From assembly GCA_000002435.2 (NCBI GenBank), contig CM018793.1: 64,000 bases of DNA; one strand, 5' to 3'. The stretch comes from Giardia intestinalis (lineage: Eukaryota). The position numbers and the translations under genes were made by a program. The notes beneath the pieces were generated by a model. The model searched no databases. It worked only from the letters and a program-made list of their open reading frames with translations, and was not told the DNA's origin. Shown here piece by piece: positions 29,348-40,009 of this stretch. How positions within the stretch are numbered: position 1 is the first letter of the stretch; every line of letters starts with the position of its first letter.

Positions 29348-30136
29348 TCACGCATCACTACTTGTACTGTAACTGTAGTCGCTGCTGTATGAATAGCCTG
29401 ATGCATTACCGCTTTCAGCTAACAGCTCACGATCTTGATCGTTCTCCTGGTCGTTTTCGCCTGTTGTTAGGGGAGCACTTGGCATGTCCAAGACGCTAGA
29501 TGGATCTACCTTACCTTGCACGACTTTGTAGTAGGTAGCCAAATCACTATACCAGCTGTTTTTTCTTTTGAGATACAATTCATAGATCAATCTTACTTTT
29601 TCTATTGGATTAACACTGTATTTTGTACCCCCAAACGAGCGTAAGATGGCATCAAGTCCTGTCATTCCCTTTACGTAAGACACAGAGCCGTAGTAGCTGT
29701 GATTTAAATCTAGTATTCGTCGGGAAGGGACGTGCACCCCAAGTTGGTTGAGAATTTTTTGCGTGTTGAATCCGAGGACTTTGTTGACCAGGAACTTCCG
29801 TACTTCGCTGCGCACGTCGGCAATGGATATAGCTCCTTCAAAGTCTGCTGCTGTTAAGGATGTTTCCGGGGTTCTATAGTCCGTTATGGGGGCGTAGGGA
29901 AGGAACACAGAATTATAAATGATCCGCTTCGAAGAATCTATAGCAATCAGCCTTGCAAGGCTGCTCCTAATGTGTGTGCCGGTGCCTGTCTGTATAAATA
30001 CTCCGTAAAGGGTCACGATGTTGAGGGAGTCTGACCGGATGGCAGTTTTAGTCTCTTGAGCCTCTGACGCAAACTTTTTGAGAGCTGGCGCTGCACCTTT
30101 CCGGGGTTTTTGCCAATTTTGGTCGACTATTCTCAT
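29348..30136 (-). CDS. ISG20/REXO4-like DEDDh exonuclease-fold protein with a degenerate active site; probable pseudo-exonuclease
   Basis: SSLARLIAIDSSKRIIYNSVFLPYAPITDYRT aligns with ISG20 [32 protein letters not shown]. At the Exo I position the protein has TLYGVFIQ where ISG20 has AMDCEMVG. At Exo II it has VLGFNTQ for VVGHDLK. At Exo III it has KYSVNPIEKVRLIYELY for GHSSVEDARATMELY. Every acidic or His catalytic position is replaced. The alignment was done from memory. Confidence 0.55.
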   Translation of the reverse strand: MRIVDQNWQKPRKGAAPALKKFASEAQETKTAIRSDSLNIVTLYGVFIQTGTGTHIRSSLARLIAIDSSKRIIYNSVFLPYAPITDYRTPETSLTAADFEGAISIADVRSEVRKFLVNKVLGFNTQKILNQLGVHVPSRRILDLNHSYYGSVSYVKGMTGLDAILRSFGGTKYSVNPIEKVRLIYELYLKRKNSWYSDLATYYKVVQGKVDPSSVLDMPSAPLTTGENDQENDQDRELLAESGNASGYSYSSDYSYSTSSDA

Positions 30137-30225
30137 TTGATTTAATTAGCAAAGTGTAAAGCGCTATGTAAATTTATCACCAAGACCCTCTTTTTAGGGT
30201 CAATTTTCCAGTTTGAATTTCTAAA

Positions 30226-33200
30226 ATGGAGACACGCGCCTACACCCACAGAGACTACGCATACAGAGCGCACCGTTTACTACAGGCGGCCCGAGTGTTC
30301 TCAGCGAATTCAGATCCCTCCTTTCTCCTCGTTGTCTACAGCAGGAACTTTGGCTTTGACCCTGTGTCAAAGGCGATCCTATCTTATTTGCTAGAAGGCA
30401 CCGCGGGGTATTCATCGTTCATTAGTGTGCAGGATTTTGACGACATCGCCCTCTGTATTGACGTTGTTCAGGGCACGTTCTTGTGGTATTTTCCTACGCA
30501 GGAGCTATTGGATCAATACAGACATATTATCTCTGGGGTGTTGAGCTCCTATGTCTATATTGGCTTTACAGATCCTCTGGTATCGAAGACAAACTCTCTG
30601 GAAGACGCTGGAGGCACCAAAAACACAAGCTCGCACGAAACTCCGTACCTTTCTCTCCGCGTGGTTGGATGCCGCCGTTATGCCTCCTTAGCTGAGGCAG
30701 CATGCACTAAAGGCTTCGCTAGCAAGGTGCTTGAGTATGAAGACAGCAGCAGTGTTTTAGATGTTCCCCTTCTTGCATTCTTGCGCGACGCACTCATCCC
30801 CGTCGACGTTTCTGCCGATACAACCCAGACAGCATCTCCGAAGGCCACGCATGGTAATACACAAATACGACAAGACAGCACCAACAAGAGTTGCTGCTCA
30901 CTCAACCAATCGGAGTGTGCATCGCATTTCACAGTATACAGTGCAATTGAGGGCCCAGCCCAGCCGGGGTCTGACCCTCGTTACAGAGAGTTTTTGGAGT
31001 CTATTCCGTCAATGGCTTTAAAAGCTTTGCCTATTGATGTGCTTTATCAGTGTTTATATCATGTAGACATGTGTTCGGCGCGCACGCTCTACCGCTCGAT
31101 GCACTTGCTCGAGCTGCAATGCTTAGAGTGCGTCAATAAGTCCAAAGACCTCGTGGCATCTATCCCTCCTGGCACGGCAGACATAGGACAAATGCTCTTG
31201 GCCTCCATCTCTGAACCGATGGTAGCAGAGTTCACGAACAAGAGGACTCATTATCTTGACATCTGTGCTGCCATGCGAGCGGCAAACGCTACAGATGATT
31301 TCTTTAACAGGACAACCACTGTTAAGTACTATCCACTGATGCTTCTAGCTGCAAAGACGGCTGGTGACGGCACTCGCGCGCTCACATGCGGTGGAATTAT
31401 TGATATAAACGTCGTCCATCCGCTATATCCTTTGCAAGTACGGAGATCACTTATTGTAGAGCCATATAAGTCCACGCAATCGGATGCAAAAGACATAGAT
31501 TGTGTGCCATCATCTGTTGTCAATGCATTTTATAGCATTGCAGGTGCCGTTGCCTCTCAGCTGCCCGAGCTCGTCACACTTCTCGCCGATGAGCTGGGCC
31601 TGGGAAGCAAGCTGTATGCAAAGAGTGATGACCTTGCAAAGGCAGTAGAGTCATCGTTAGGACCATTAAAGAATAAGATATCGGGCACCCTAACTACATC
31701 CATGCAAGCGGAGAACTTCTCTGTTAACGCAGCAACACTGAAACAGGCGATCAATCTTACAAGTAATGCTATAAAGATCTCCTGTGAGTACTACAATCTG
31801 GGGATGACAAAGGTAGTATATGGCCGCGTCCTGTACCACATCAACCTTGCTATTCAGGTACGCTTGCCCTACACATCTTCGCACGTCCTGGCCTTGACGA
31901 TTGTGCATGGGGATACACTGCTTACATATCCAGGGGGGTACTATTGCATGGGTTCGCAGCTACTGGCATCTAAGAACACGGTTACCCGGCTCCGTTGCAG
32001 CGACAAGTTTGTCTTCCGCGATCTGGCGATGCTCCCCGCGAAGCAGCATAATATGACTAATCTCGCCTGCGAGATGAGGCTTCTACACTATGTCGCCATT
32101 AATGGAAAGAAGTTTCTGCTGTCTCCTCTTACCAAGACGTCGTTTCCGTGCCTTCTGCACTTTGATCCCGGTTTCCATCTTAGTGTGTGCCTCCAGAATC
32201 TTGGTGACTGTATACTCAACATGACTCCCAACCCAAAGAGTCAGGCATTTTTGTCCACTAAATCTATGTACACGGATAACATGAAAGATCTTTTCAAATA
32301 TCGTCCTCTATTGACAACTGTAGATGGGCATATGTCGCTGATGCTTTTCACACGCATACTAACTTCTGAAGAGCGCCATGATGTGAGCACAGCTCAAGAG
32401 GAAGGCGCTGGTCTCGGTGGCTCACAGCTTTCAGGGCCCTCGGAGGAAAACTTATCTGTTTATATGGAGAACAGCCTGATGGACTTGTCTGCTGTTGTGG
32501 GACATAGTGTAGCAGGCGGATTTGCAGCAAGCATAGATCTCCTTGCCAGGAAGCTCAAGATAACTGTTACGACAGCTATCCGCTTATTGTTTGTTGATAG
32601 TATGCTCTCAAGTACCGATGCTCTTGGGAAACTACGCAACCTCTCTGCCCTGTACAACGACTGTTATGCTTCTTTGGGGCTTGTTCAGATTTATAAGCCC
32701 ACCGATGTCACTGCAGCCTACGGCTTCAAGGTATTCAAGCAAGAGCGCGGCGGGGACTTCCTGCTGAGCGAGGATGACTTGCCACAGGGCATCGTCTCTG
32801 GAGAGGATCTTCTTCAGCTCATATGGTCTATGGCCAAGTTTGCTTGCAAGGAGGCCGACCTTCCTGCAGAGCTGCAACGTACCACAATGAGTGCTGATTC
32901 TATGAAGAAGTTAACGCATGCATGCATTCTCAATGGGCTACTTGACGATGTCTTTTCATGTGGCTCTTCTGAGACGGTTGCAGGACCTGTAGACGCCCCT
33001 GATAGCACTACTAAAGCGCTCCTTGAGCAGTCCTCTAAGAACGTAGAGGCCCACAATGTACACTTTTACTCATCTAGTTTTGCCATGGGAGCAACTGGTG
33101 TGTACAGGGCAGGTCTCAGTAATATCTTTAGACAAGGTATTCAGGCCATGGAGACACAGGATACTCTGAAGCTACAGGCATCGATGGGAATACATGTAGC

Positions 33201-35211
33201 GGACAAGATTATCGCCCATACAGGGAGCCCACTTGACTGCCTAGATATGCTATGTTTGACAAAGGAACATGCACCTGTAAGCCCGGTCACGACTCGCTCC
33301 TGTGTCTTCGATAAGGATCTCAAGCTCAGTTCCAATAATCATGTGGTTATTATCAGTGGTTTCGGTGATCTGTCGAATACGCTCGTGGCTCTATTTTCGG
33401 CTGCGCTCCAATCTGAGCTTAACGGCTCAACCAGCTCAATCAACAAAATTATCACGCGCTCCCTTAATGAACGGGCATTCTTATCTGATCTGCTATCCGT
33501 CCTCCCCAATCTAACGAACACTGTCATCATCGGGCAGATAACTGCCGAAAGCAATCTGTCAGTCCTTTTAGAGTCCGTTGGTACCTTCGTAGCGAGCAAT
33601 TATGTGACTACTGTTCGACATATCTCTGTGTCCACGCCTGCTGTTTTCAACGTGCATTGCGCAGCTACAGAACCAAATGTATATCAACTTCCATTTAACA
33701 TGTCCTTTATTCCTACGTGGACTAAGAAACTGGTTGTTGTTACAGAGCCAGGAGTGGTTCCAGATAAGAATGCAATGTCTCACTTTGGCATCTATTCATT
33801 GTCGGGCCCAGAACTCTCCGCCATCTCAGCCTCTGCGGAATCATCCAAGGCAGCTCAGAGCGCAGCCAAGAAGGCACTCTTGTTGGACAGCCTATCTGCT
33901 AACCCACAGCCCCTGACTGATAAGACTGTTTACGAAATATCCAAGGGAAGCTTGTTTAGCAAAGAGCAAATGGTGATTCATAGTCTCACTCTTCCTGGTA
34001 ACCAAGTCACAGACATTTGCTCCGAAGTAGCCAGAGGCATCACTGATGATGTGTATGCCTGTAGGTGGGACTTTGCGACTCCAGATAAAGACTTGTTCGT
34101 GCTCTTTTCCGACCGGCCAAGCTATCTAAAGAGAGATTCTGGTGCAACGAAGCGACAGCTGCATTCCTCAAAACATCACATTATTCAGCAAATTGATAGC
34201 TCTTACACCGATACGATGCTCCGCAGGTCTCTGGGAGGACTCCGCCGCATTATCACGACAAGGCAATCGATAAAGGTAGGCCTCTTGCCAAAAATATTTA
34301 CCATGCTTTTAGGAGCGTGCGATGGTAACGAAACCCAGGGAAATGTGCAGGTAGTATTAAACCTCAGTAATGCACTCTTCTTGGAGCTTAGCACCCACAG
34401 GAACACGATATCCGTGGGGAGATATAATATTGATGACTACTCTTCGCGGCGGTTCTTCCCAAGCTTCCTAGGAAAGGTGACAGTCTTGAGCAGTGAGCCT
34501 GCCACGATCTTTGAGCAGCCCACTTTTAGCCGCCTATTCTCTAGTTTTATGGAAGAGATCTTCCGTGAGCTGTTTTTGGAATTGGCACCCACCAATCTTG
34601 AGATTAAAGAGTATGGGAAGACTGCAGACCCTCTCGCCGTCGTTGAGGATCTGAACACACTCAGTAAGGAGAACATTTCGTGGAGCCTCGTTAAGGAATA
34701 CTACAGCGACGAGAAACTACCGTCAGGCTGGTACTACGACGGTATAAAGTACATCTCCATGGATGGAGAGCGTTCTAGCGATAGACCTGATAAAGCAGAG
34801 CTTATGAAAAGGTTTGCTGAAGAATTGGAGGCTAAAACGCTTCGCCCAAAGGGTTCTAGCAAGGAAGAGAACCCCACGACGCGAGAGATAGAAAACGACA
34901 TACTTAAGCTTAATATCAGAGACGATTCAGAGCCAGAGAGCGATGCAGATGGCATGAATGTGCCATTCGTAGCAAACAAAGCCATTCCGGACCCTGTCAA
35001 CGTTGGCAGTTCTGAGGCATCGAGACCTTCAAGGAACCCAATTGGGTCCATTGCAACAGCCCTAAGAGATGAATCGGGGCAAGGCACAAAGAATGCAGTC
35101 TATACCAAAAACACCGTTCCTGCTTCGCGAAATGCGGCGATACTGCGCCCGTCGGGCTCCCGCACAACCCAGGCCCAAAATCAAAAATCTAAGCCTGGTG
35201 CCAGGCAATAG
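30226..35211 (+). CDS. Hypothetical large protein of 1,661 aa
   Basis: This is an uninterrupted 5-kb ORF. Its ATG is preceded by the tract tttgaatttctaaaATG. No recognisable domain was found. Confidence 0.55.
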   Translation: METRAYTHRDYAYRAHRLLQAARVFSANSDPSFLLVVYSRNFGFDPVSKAILSYLLEGTAGYSSFISVQDFDDIALCIDVVQGTFLWYFPTQELLDQYRHIISGVLSSYVYIGFTDPLVSKTNSLEDAGGTKNTSSHETPYLSLRVVGCRRYASLAEAACTKGFASKVLEYEDSSSVLDVPLLAFLRDALIPVDVSADTTQTASPKATHGNTQIRQDSTNKSCCSLNQSECASHFTVYSAIEGPAQPGSDPRYREFLESIPSMALKALPIDVLYQCLYHVDMCSARTLYRSMHLLELQCLECVNKSKDLVASIPPGTADIGQMLLASISEPMVAEFTNKRTHYLDICAAMRAANATDDFFNRTTTVKYYPLMLLAAKTAGDGTRALTCGGIIDINVVHPLYPLQVRRSLIVEPYKSTQSDAKDIDCVPSSVVNAFYSIAGAVASQLPELVTLLADELGLGSKLYAKSDDLAKAVESSLGPLKNKISGTLTTSMQAENFSVNAATLKQAINLTSNAIKISCEYYNLGMTKVVYGRVLYHINLAIQVRLPYTSSHVLALTIVHGDTLLTYPGGYYCMGSQLLASKNTVTRLRCSDKFVFRDLAMLPAKQHNMTNLACEMRLLHYVAINGKKFLLSPLTKTSFPCLLHFDPGFHLSVCLQNLGDCILNMTPNPKSQAFLSTKSMYTDNMKDLFKYRPLLTTVDGHMSLMLFTRILTSEERHDVSTAQEEGAGLGGSQLSGPSEENLSVYMENSLMDLSAVVGHSVAGGFAASIDLLARKLKITVTTAIRLLFVDSMLSSTDALGKLRNLSALYNDCYASLGLVQIYKPTDVTAAYGFKVFKQERGGDFLLSEDDLPQGIVSGEDLLQLIWSMAKFACKEADLPAELQRTTMSADSMKKLTHACILNGLLDDVFSCGSSETVAGPVDAPDSTTKALLEQSSKNVEAHNVHFYSSSFAMGATGVYRAGLSNIFRQGIQAMETQDTLKLQASMGIHVADKIIAHTGSPLDCLDMLCLTKEHAPVSPVTTRSCVFDKDLKLSSNNHVVIISGFGDLSNTLVALFSAALQSELNGSTSSINKIITRSLNERAFLSDLLSVLPNLTNTVIIGQITAESNLSVLLESVGTFVASNYVTTVRHISVSTPAVFNVHCAATEPNVYQLPFNMSFIPTWTKKLVVVTEPGVVPDKNAMSHFGIYSLSGPELSAISASAESSKAAQSAAKKALLLDSLSANPQPLTDKTVYEISKGSLFSKEQMVIHSLTLPGNQVTDICSEVARGITDDVYACRWDFATPDKDLFVLFSDRPSYLKRDSGATKRQLHSSKHHIIQQIDSSYTDTMLRRSLGGLRRIITTRQSIKVGLLPKIFTMLLGACDGNETQGNVQVVLNLSNALFLELSTHRNTISVGRYNIDDYSSRRFFPSFLGKVTVLSSEPATIFEQPTFSRLFSSFMEEIFRELFLELAPTNLEIKEYGKTADPLAVVEDLNTLSKENISWSLVKEYYSDEKLPSGWYYDGIKYISMDGERSSDRPDKAELMKRFAEELEAKTLRPKGSSKEENPTTREIENDILKLNIRDDSEPESDADGMNVPFVANKAIPDPVNVGSSEASRPSRNPIGSIATALRDESGQGTKNAVYTKNTVPASRNAAILRPSGSRTTQAQNQKSKPGARQ

Positions 35212-35229
35212 TAGGTGCATCTTTAGGTT

Positions 35230-35254
35230 AAAGTTGAAATTAAAATTGAAAGTG
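35230..35254. repeat. Short AT-rich tandem element, about three copies of aaRttgaaa
   Basis: Read directly as aaagttgaaattaaaattgaaagtg. It sits just downstream of the 1,661-aa gene's stop and upstream of a small ORF. Confidence 0.5.
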
Positions 35255-35305
35255 GCATTAAAATGATGAGAAGGGGATTTTAAAAATACAACACTACAAG
35301 ATCCA

Positions 35306-35602
35306 ATGACCAGCATGAATGCGCCCGATGATCGTAAGCAGGAGCTTTCAGGAGAGCTCAAGAATCTTCAGCCTATTCTAGAGATGATGCGCCTAGAGCA
35401 GATAATCGACTCTTGCAGTTCATCTCCAAGGTCCTCAGTATTTAAAATGGGCCGCCAGCCAAAGCGCCAGAGAGATATATTAGCAGAGGAGGACATCTTC
35501 ATGACCTCTACTGAGTGCTCGCTCAATAATTCGCGGGCCGAGTCTCCGAAGGAGGCCAGCGATGAAGATCTAATAGGAATCACATTCAAGAAGAATTTCT
35601 AG
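35306..35602 (+). CDS. Hypothetical small acidic protein of 98 aa
   Basis: The ORF sits in a 600-bp gap and starts at an ATG in the context caagatccaATG. It contains a KRQRD basic patch. There is no homology support. Confidence 0.3.
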   Translation: MTSMNAPDDRKQELSGELKNLQPILEMMRLEQIIDSCSSSPRSSVFKMGRQPKRQRDILAEEDIFMTSTECSLNNSRAESPKEASDEDLIGITFKKNF

Positions 35603-35817
35603 CGCGTCTATGTTCACCGTCGGTACCTCTAGATGCTTCAGTAATTAGTAGTTCGCTTCTTGTACGCGGTCTACTTGTTTTTTGTTCCGTCTGGGCTTGA
35701 CTCAGTGGTAACTTCTACTAGAATAGGGATGGAGTAAATCGCTCTGCTTCAAGGGGACAAAAACATGGTTAAAATTAATTTTTGCCCCTGGATTCCGGCT
35801 CGGAGCTGCTTGTAATC

Positions 35818-38007
35818 ATGAGTTCAGCCACTATTGCTACACCTGGGCCTTCTTTAGGCACGCATAATCCAGAGCCAGTGATGTCAGATGAGCTACAGCG
35901 TTGGTTTATGGCTGCTCGGCAAGGAGAAGAAGATTATATAAAGAGCCACATATCGGAGTTTGGACTGAAAAGAAATCACGAGGGGCATACAGCACTAATG
36001 ATAGCTGCTAAGTATGATGTGCCGGAGATTATTTCTATTCTGGTTAACAAGGAGGGCGGGGAGCAAACAGACGGTGGCTTAACGGCGCTCGCTTTACAGA
36101 TCACGTCTGGTCACCCGATCAACCTTGAATTGTTCCAGAAAGAGGGCAATATCCAGGTTCGTAGCCACGTCGAGCCAGCATTCCTCGCTGTCATGGTAGA
36201 CAACGTGGATGCGCTGCAATTTATCATCCAGAATATGGGCGATAGCACATCGGGCGAGTCTCTTTACTTATTAGACATTTGCATCGACAACAACTCTGTG
36301 TGTTGCTTTGAGCACCTTATGACTGCATTTACAAATATCCCCAACTCTTACATCAATAAGTTGATAAGCATAGTAGAAAAAAAGCTAGATGTGAACCCCA
36401 GGATCATTAGCATTCTTCGGCGATACAAGCCGTCGCTCACATCCGTGAGTAGAAGTGCTACGACACCTCCACGGACCAAGAAGAAGTCCGAACCTGTCCC
36501 ACTTGTGGGGAGCTCATTAAAGCGATCCGTCTCCGCGACAGTCGACCCTAACTCTCAAGGCAGTTCTTCTCCTGATCCTATGCTAGGTAAGTTGCAGTCT
36601 CCTCGAGAGGCACCTGTGGCCTCTCTGCCACCACCTCCCCAAACTACCTCACCCCTCACCATGACAGACATCGCTCCCCTGCGTGACCAAGACGATGTTC
36701 ACAATGTATCAAGGGGCCCGACCAAACGGTATACGGCCCAATGCTCTAGGGTAGATCCTGTGGCAGATATGATCTTGAGTACTACCCCCAATTTTCCACA
36801 GGATTCCAATGCGTACATGGACACAGGGGTGGGGACAGACACTCTAAGTAATGACCTATTAAAGCCTATGGCTGACCAGCTTGACGCAGATCTCGCCTAC
36901 AAAGCGGACTACGGGCTACTTCCAGGAAAGCTTCCTCTTGCGGAGGGGATTGATGACAACAATGGTTGCAGAGATAATCACAAATGCTGCATCGAATATG
37001 CCTGTCTACTGATGAAGTATGACGATCTGGAGGAAAATAACACATATTTGTATGAAAAAAATTCAGCCTTGCATTCAGAAATAGGAGAGTTAAAACAGAA
37101 CATCATTAAATTAAAAGCCCAGATTGAGCAGCAGAACGCAGATAACGAAGCGCTCAGAAAGTCGTTGGAGGACGCTAGGTCAGCACCCACTCTATCGGCC
37201 TTGCCAGGCCATACCAGCGGCCACCCTGAAATGGATGCTTCTACCTTACATAGTACAGAAGAGCCAGAGTTGGATGAGGGTAATATGATCGGGAAGCTCC
37301 AAATGTATATCATGAAGTCCAGAAGGCTTGAACAGGAGAATCGAGCTCTTAAGCAAAGGCTAGAGGACTGCGTAGCTAAGATTCATGCATTAGAGCGAGA
37401 GAATACGATGAAGGGCCGTCTCAATCAACTGCTTACAGAGGACAACAAGCGCTCAAGGGAGCAATCCAGGTGCACGTCCGTTATATCGCGCTCAGAAAGC
37501 GTCCTGTCGCCAAGCAATACATTCATGGATAGTATGACGGTTGGCCTGGAAGACAGCATAATGGACATGATTACAAGCAAACTTACGGATAGAACTAAGC
37601 TAGAAGCCAATGTATTGCGACGGAAGGTTGCAGAGCTCCGTGCCGATATGTCCCAAATGCTAGAAGATCTCATGATCATCAGTAGTTACTCTATGGATCT
37701 GCTTCCTCCATCCTGTGCTGGGGGCGTGTATACGGCCAACCTCAGAGAAAGAGCTATACGACTGGAGAAGCAAGCTAATACCGACTCCGTCAAGGTGCTG
37801 TTCAAGCGCCACGCAGACTTGGTCATAGACTGCCTGACTTATTTGAGATCCATCCGAGATGAGTCTCGTTCCTATGAAGAGGAGTTCCCGGAGAGCAGGA
37901 GCAAGAGCAGGAGTAGAAGCAAGAACAAGAGTAGGATGGGACGTGCATCCAGTAGATCGTTGTTTGGAACTATACTTCACAAGATTGGTCTGGGAGGAGA
38001 GGATTAG
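35818..38007 (+). CDS. Ankyrin-repeat plus coiled-coil protein, 'protein 21.1'-like
   Basis: The N-terminal half has ankyrin-like repeats, including GHTALMIAAKYDVPEIISILV and GGLTALALQITSGH. The C-terminal half has long heptad coiled coil, ELKQNIIKLKAQIEQQNADNEALRKSLEDA... The first ATG is at 35818; the track start at 35782 is a TTG. Confidence 0.65.
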   Translation: MSSATIATPGPSLGTHNPEPVMSDELQRWFMAARQGEEDYIKSHISEFGLKRNHEGHTALMIAAKYDVPEIISILVNKEGGEQTDGGLTALALQITSGHPINLELFQKEGNIQVRSHVEPAFLAVMVDNVDALQFIIQNMGDSTSGESLYLLDICIDNNSVCCFEHLMTAFTNIPNSYINKLISIVEKKLDVNPRIISILRRYKPSLTSVSRSATTPPRTKKKSEPVPLVGSSLKRSVSATVDPNSQGSSSPDPMLGKLQSPREAPVASLPPPPQTTSPLTMTDIAPLRDQDDVHNVSRGPTKRYTAQCSRVDPVADMILSTTPNFPQDSNAYMDTGVGTDTLSNDLLKPMADQLDADLAYKADYGLLPGKLPLAEGIDDNNGCRDNHKCCIEYACLLMKYDDLEENNTYLYEKNSALHSEIGELKQNIIKLKAQIEQQNADNEALRKSLEDARSAPTLSALPGHTSGHPEMDASTLHSTEEPELDEGNMIGKLQMYIMKSRRLEQENRALKQRLEDCVAKIHALERENTMKGRLNQLLTEDNKRSREQSRCTSVISRSESVLSPSNTFMDSMTVGLEDSIMDMITSKLTDRTKLEANVLRRKVAELRADMSQMLEDLMIISSYSMDLLPPSCAGGVYTANLRERAIRLEKQANTDSVKVLFKRHADLVIDCLTYLRSIRDESRSYEEEFPESRSKSRSRSKNKSRMGRASSRSLFGTILHKIGLGGED

Positions 38008-39469
38008 CGTCGAAGTCTTCTTTAGTTGCATTATCTTTGCTGCCTCTTCTGCAGCTTCCTCTGAATCTAGATACCAAAGCGACAAGCAATGATATAAGTA
38101 ATCCCGTTAACCCCAGCACTGCACACCACAGGTAGTGAGTCTGGTTGGCAGTAAATCCTTCGAATTCATTAGCCACGCTATTGAACACAGTCGCTTGAAC
38201 AATGAGTACAATGGCAGCCACGATAAGCGCCTGGCAAAGAAACACGGCCGGGTAGACTGAGAGCTGGCACGAGGCCGCAAGCTGCGCCCACATTACAGTT
38301 ATCGTCAGCTCCGCAGCAGCGAATTCGACAACGTTTGCTACAAAAAGCCAGATCAAGTGCTTCACAAAGGCAGGGATAATCAGAAGACAGGATAGGATGA
38401 AGAGAAGGAGGATCTGTAGGATCCCCGTTCGCTTAACCTTTTTACACGTTAGCGCAAGGACACTCCCAAGCACTCCACTAAGTCGCCCAATCATAACAAA
38501 CAGACCGTATAACTCGTCCTTGGTGCCCTGCTGAACATCGTAAAGAATGTTTGTTATATAATTCTGATAAAGTGTATGCCCCGACAGGCTGAAGATGCCA
38601 ATGTACAATGGAAGGACACCCGCGAGCCCTCCGCCCCAAACGTAAGACAGTCCTCGCAGGTAGAGTTTGCGTGACATCTTCTCTGTGCCGATAGATGACG
38701 CGCATAGATCGTTATTCTTTCCGTTCTCCGATGTCTCATCAGACACTTGATTCTTAGATACTTTAAAATAGCTAGTGGGGGTGTGTCGCTGAATACATGT
38801 AAGTATTGTCAGGGGCACAACTGAAGAAGACACCGAAATGGCGGTAATTATGAAGAGGAGACGCTTAGAAAAGTTCGTGATAAAGCTGACCATAAGCTGT
38901 CCAAAGAGATCGCTAATGACATGAGTAACTAGAAGAGTGGTTCTAGAAATTGTGGACGCACGAAGGTGACTGGTCATCACAGAGACAGTCCTATTTTTCA
39001 GAAAGTAAAACGTCGCGCAATACACCGTTTCAGAGGCGACTGCCAGGCCGTAGAAGACTTCGGCAAAAATAGCAACAATTAGCTTGTCGACGAATATGAG
39101 CAGCGTATAGCACACAACATAACCAACCCAGCCAAAATAAAGCAGTGCGTGATGGGATATCCCTATCGACGCCATGCTGAGCACGAGTAGAAAGCCAAAG
39201 TTGCTGTACCCGGACATGGGGAAAACAGTTTGATTTATCTGGTCCATCGAGATCCCATTGTCTATGTAATATGGCACTACGAACGGCTCAGCAGGTTTGA
39301 AGGCACAAAGAATACCTAGAAGGACTTGGAGAAACAACAAAGCATTGAACGAGCCTGCTCGAGGAGCATCACTGCGCGTATTACATTTATCGGACTCCTC
39401 TTTTAGATCTGTGTGTGGGTAATCATTCGATGTGCTATTTGTCACATCTGCTTCTGGTATTTCGGCCAT
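37970..39469 (-). CDS. Multi-pass membrane transporter of the SLC19 reduced-folate/thiamine carrier type
   Basis: It has about 12 hydrophobic segments. FAEVFYGLAVASETVYCATFYFLKNRTVSVMTSHLRASTISRTTLLVTHVISDLFGQ aligns with the reduced folate carrier block MEVFYSVTMAARIAYSSYIFSLV...YSRAAVLLGVFISSVLGQ. The comparison was made from memory. Its 3' end overlaps the convergent ankyrin gene by 38 nt. Confidence 0.55.
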   Translation of the reverse strand: MAEIPEADVTNSTSNDYPHTDLKEESDKCNTRSDAPRAGSFNALLFLQVLLGILCAFKPAEPFVVPYYIDNGISMDQINQTVFPMSGYSNFGFLLVLSMASIGISHHALLYFGWVGYVVCYTLLIFVDKLIVAIFAEVFYGLAVASETVYCATFYFLKNRTVSVMTSHLRASTISRTTLLVTHVISDLFGQLMVSFITNFSKRLLFIITAISVSSSVVPLTILTCIQRHTPTSYFKVSKNQVSDETSENGKNNDLCASSIGTEKMSRKLYLRGLSYVWGGGLAGVLPLYIGIFSLSGHTLYQNYITNILYDVQQGTKDELYGLFVMIGRLSGVLGSVLALTCKKVKRTGILQILLLFILSCLLIIPAFVKHLIWLFVANVVEFAAAELTITVMWAQLAASCQLSVYPAVFLCQALIVAAIVLIVQATVFNSVANEFEGFTANQTHYLWCAVLGLTGLLISLLVALVSRFRGSCRRGSKDNATKEDFDANPLLPDQSCEV

Positions 39470-40009
39470 TGAGTGGTTGTGCTGCTTGGAGACTATTTGA
39501 TTAAATTAAAGGGGTAAAAATTGCCCCGTGCGCTCAACCGAAGTACGTTACAATCGCCTGAGTAGAGCAGTATCCTAGTGCTGCTGTGCAGCGATACACG
39601 ACAGTTCGTGTAAGTGTAGAGATTGATCTTTGGTTGCAAACTGCACCAATGGGATGGAAAACGAAGTCTAGCAAAATCGGCACTCTGCTATATCGCCCCT
39701 GTGATTGATGGTTGGATGCTCTCACCTCTGCGGAAAATTGCCGTTCAGCTTTTGCTAGGATATGTTGAGATTAATCCCTTCAAAAATGTTCAAGAGCGTC
39801 TAAAAAATTATTGAAAAATCAAAAAATTCACAGGGCTATGGACTAATAACAATAAGTTGCATTTTTATCAACTTAAGATCAGCCAAACTTGAGTAAACAA
39901 AAACGATGCTCATCAGTTTACTGCTACTGAGAACACACTAATGCGTGGAAGGACACGAGTAGTTGAAGCTTGTACTCGATAGTCATCAATTTTAAATCGA
40001 TTTAAATAT

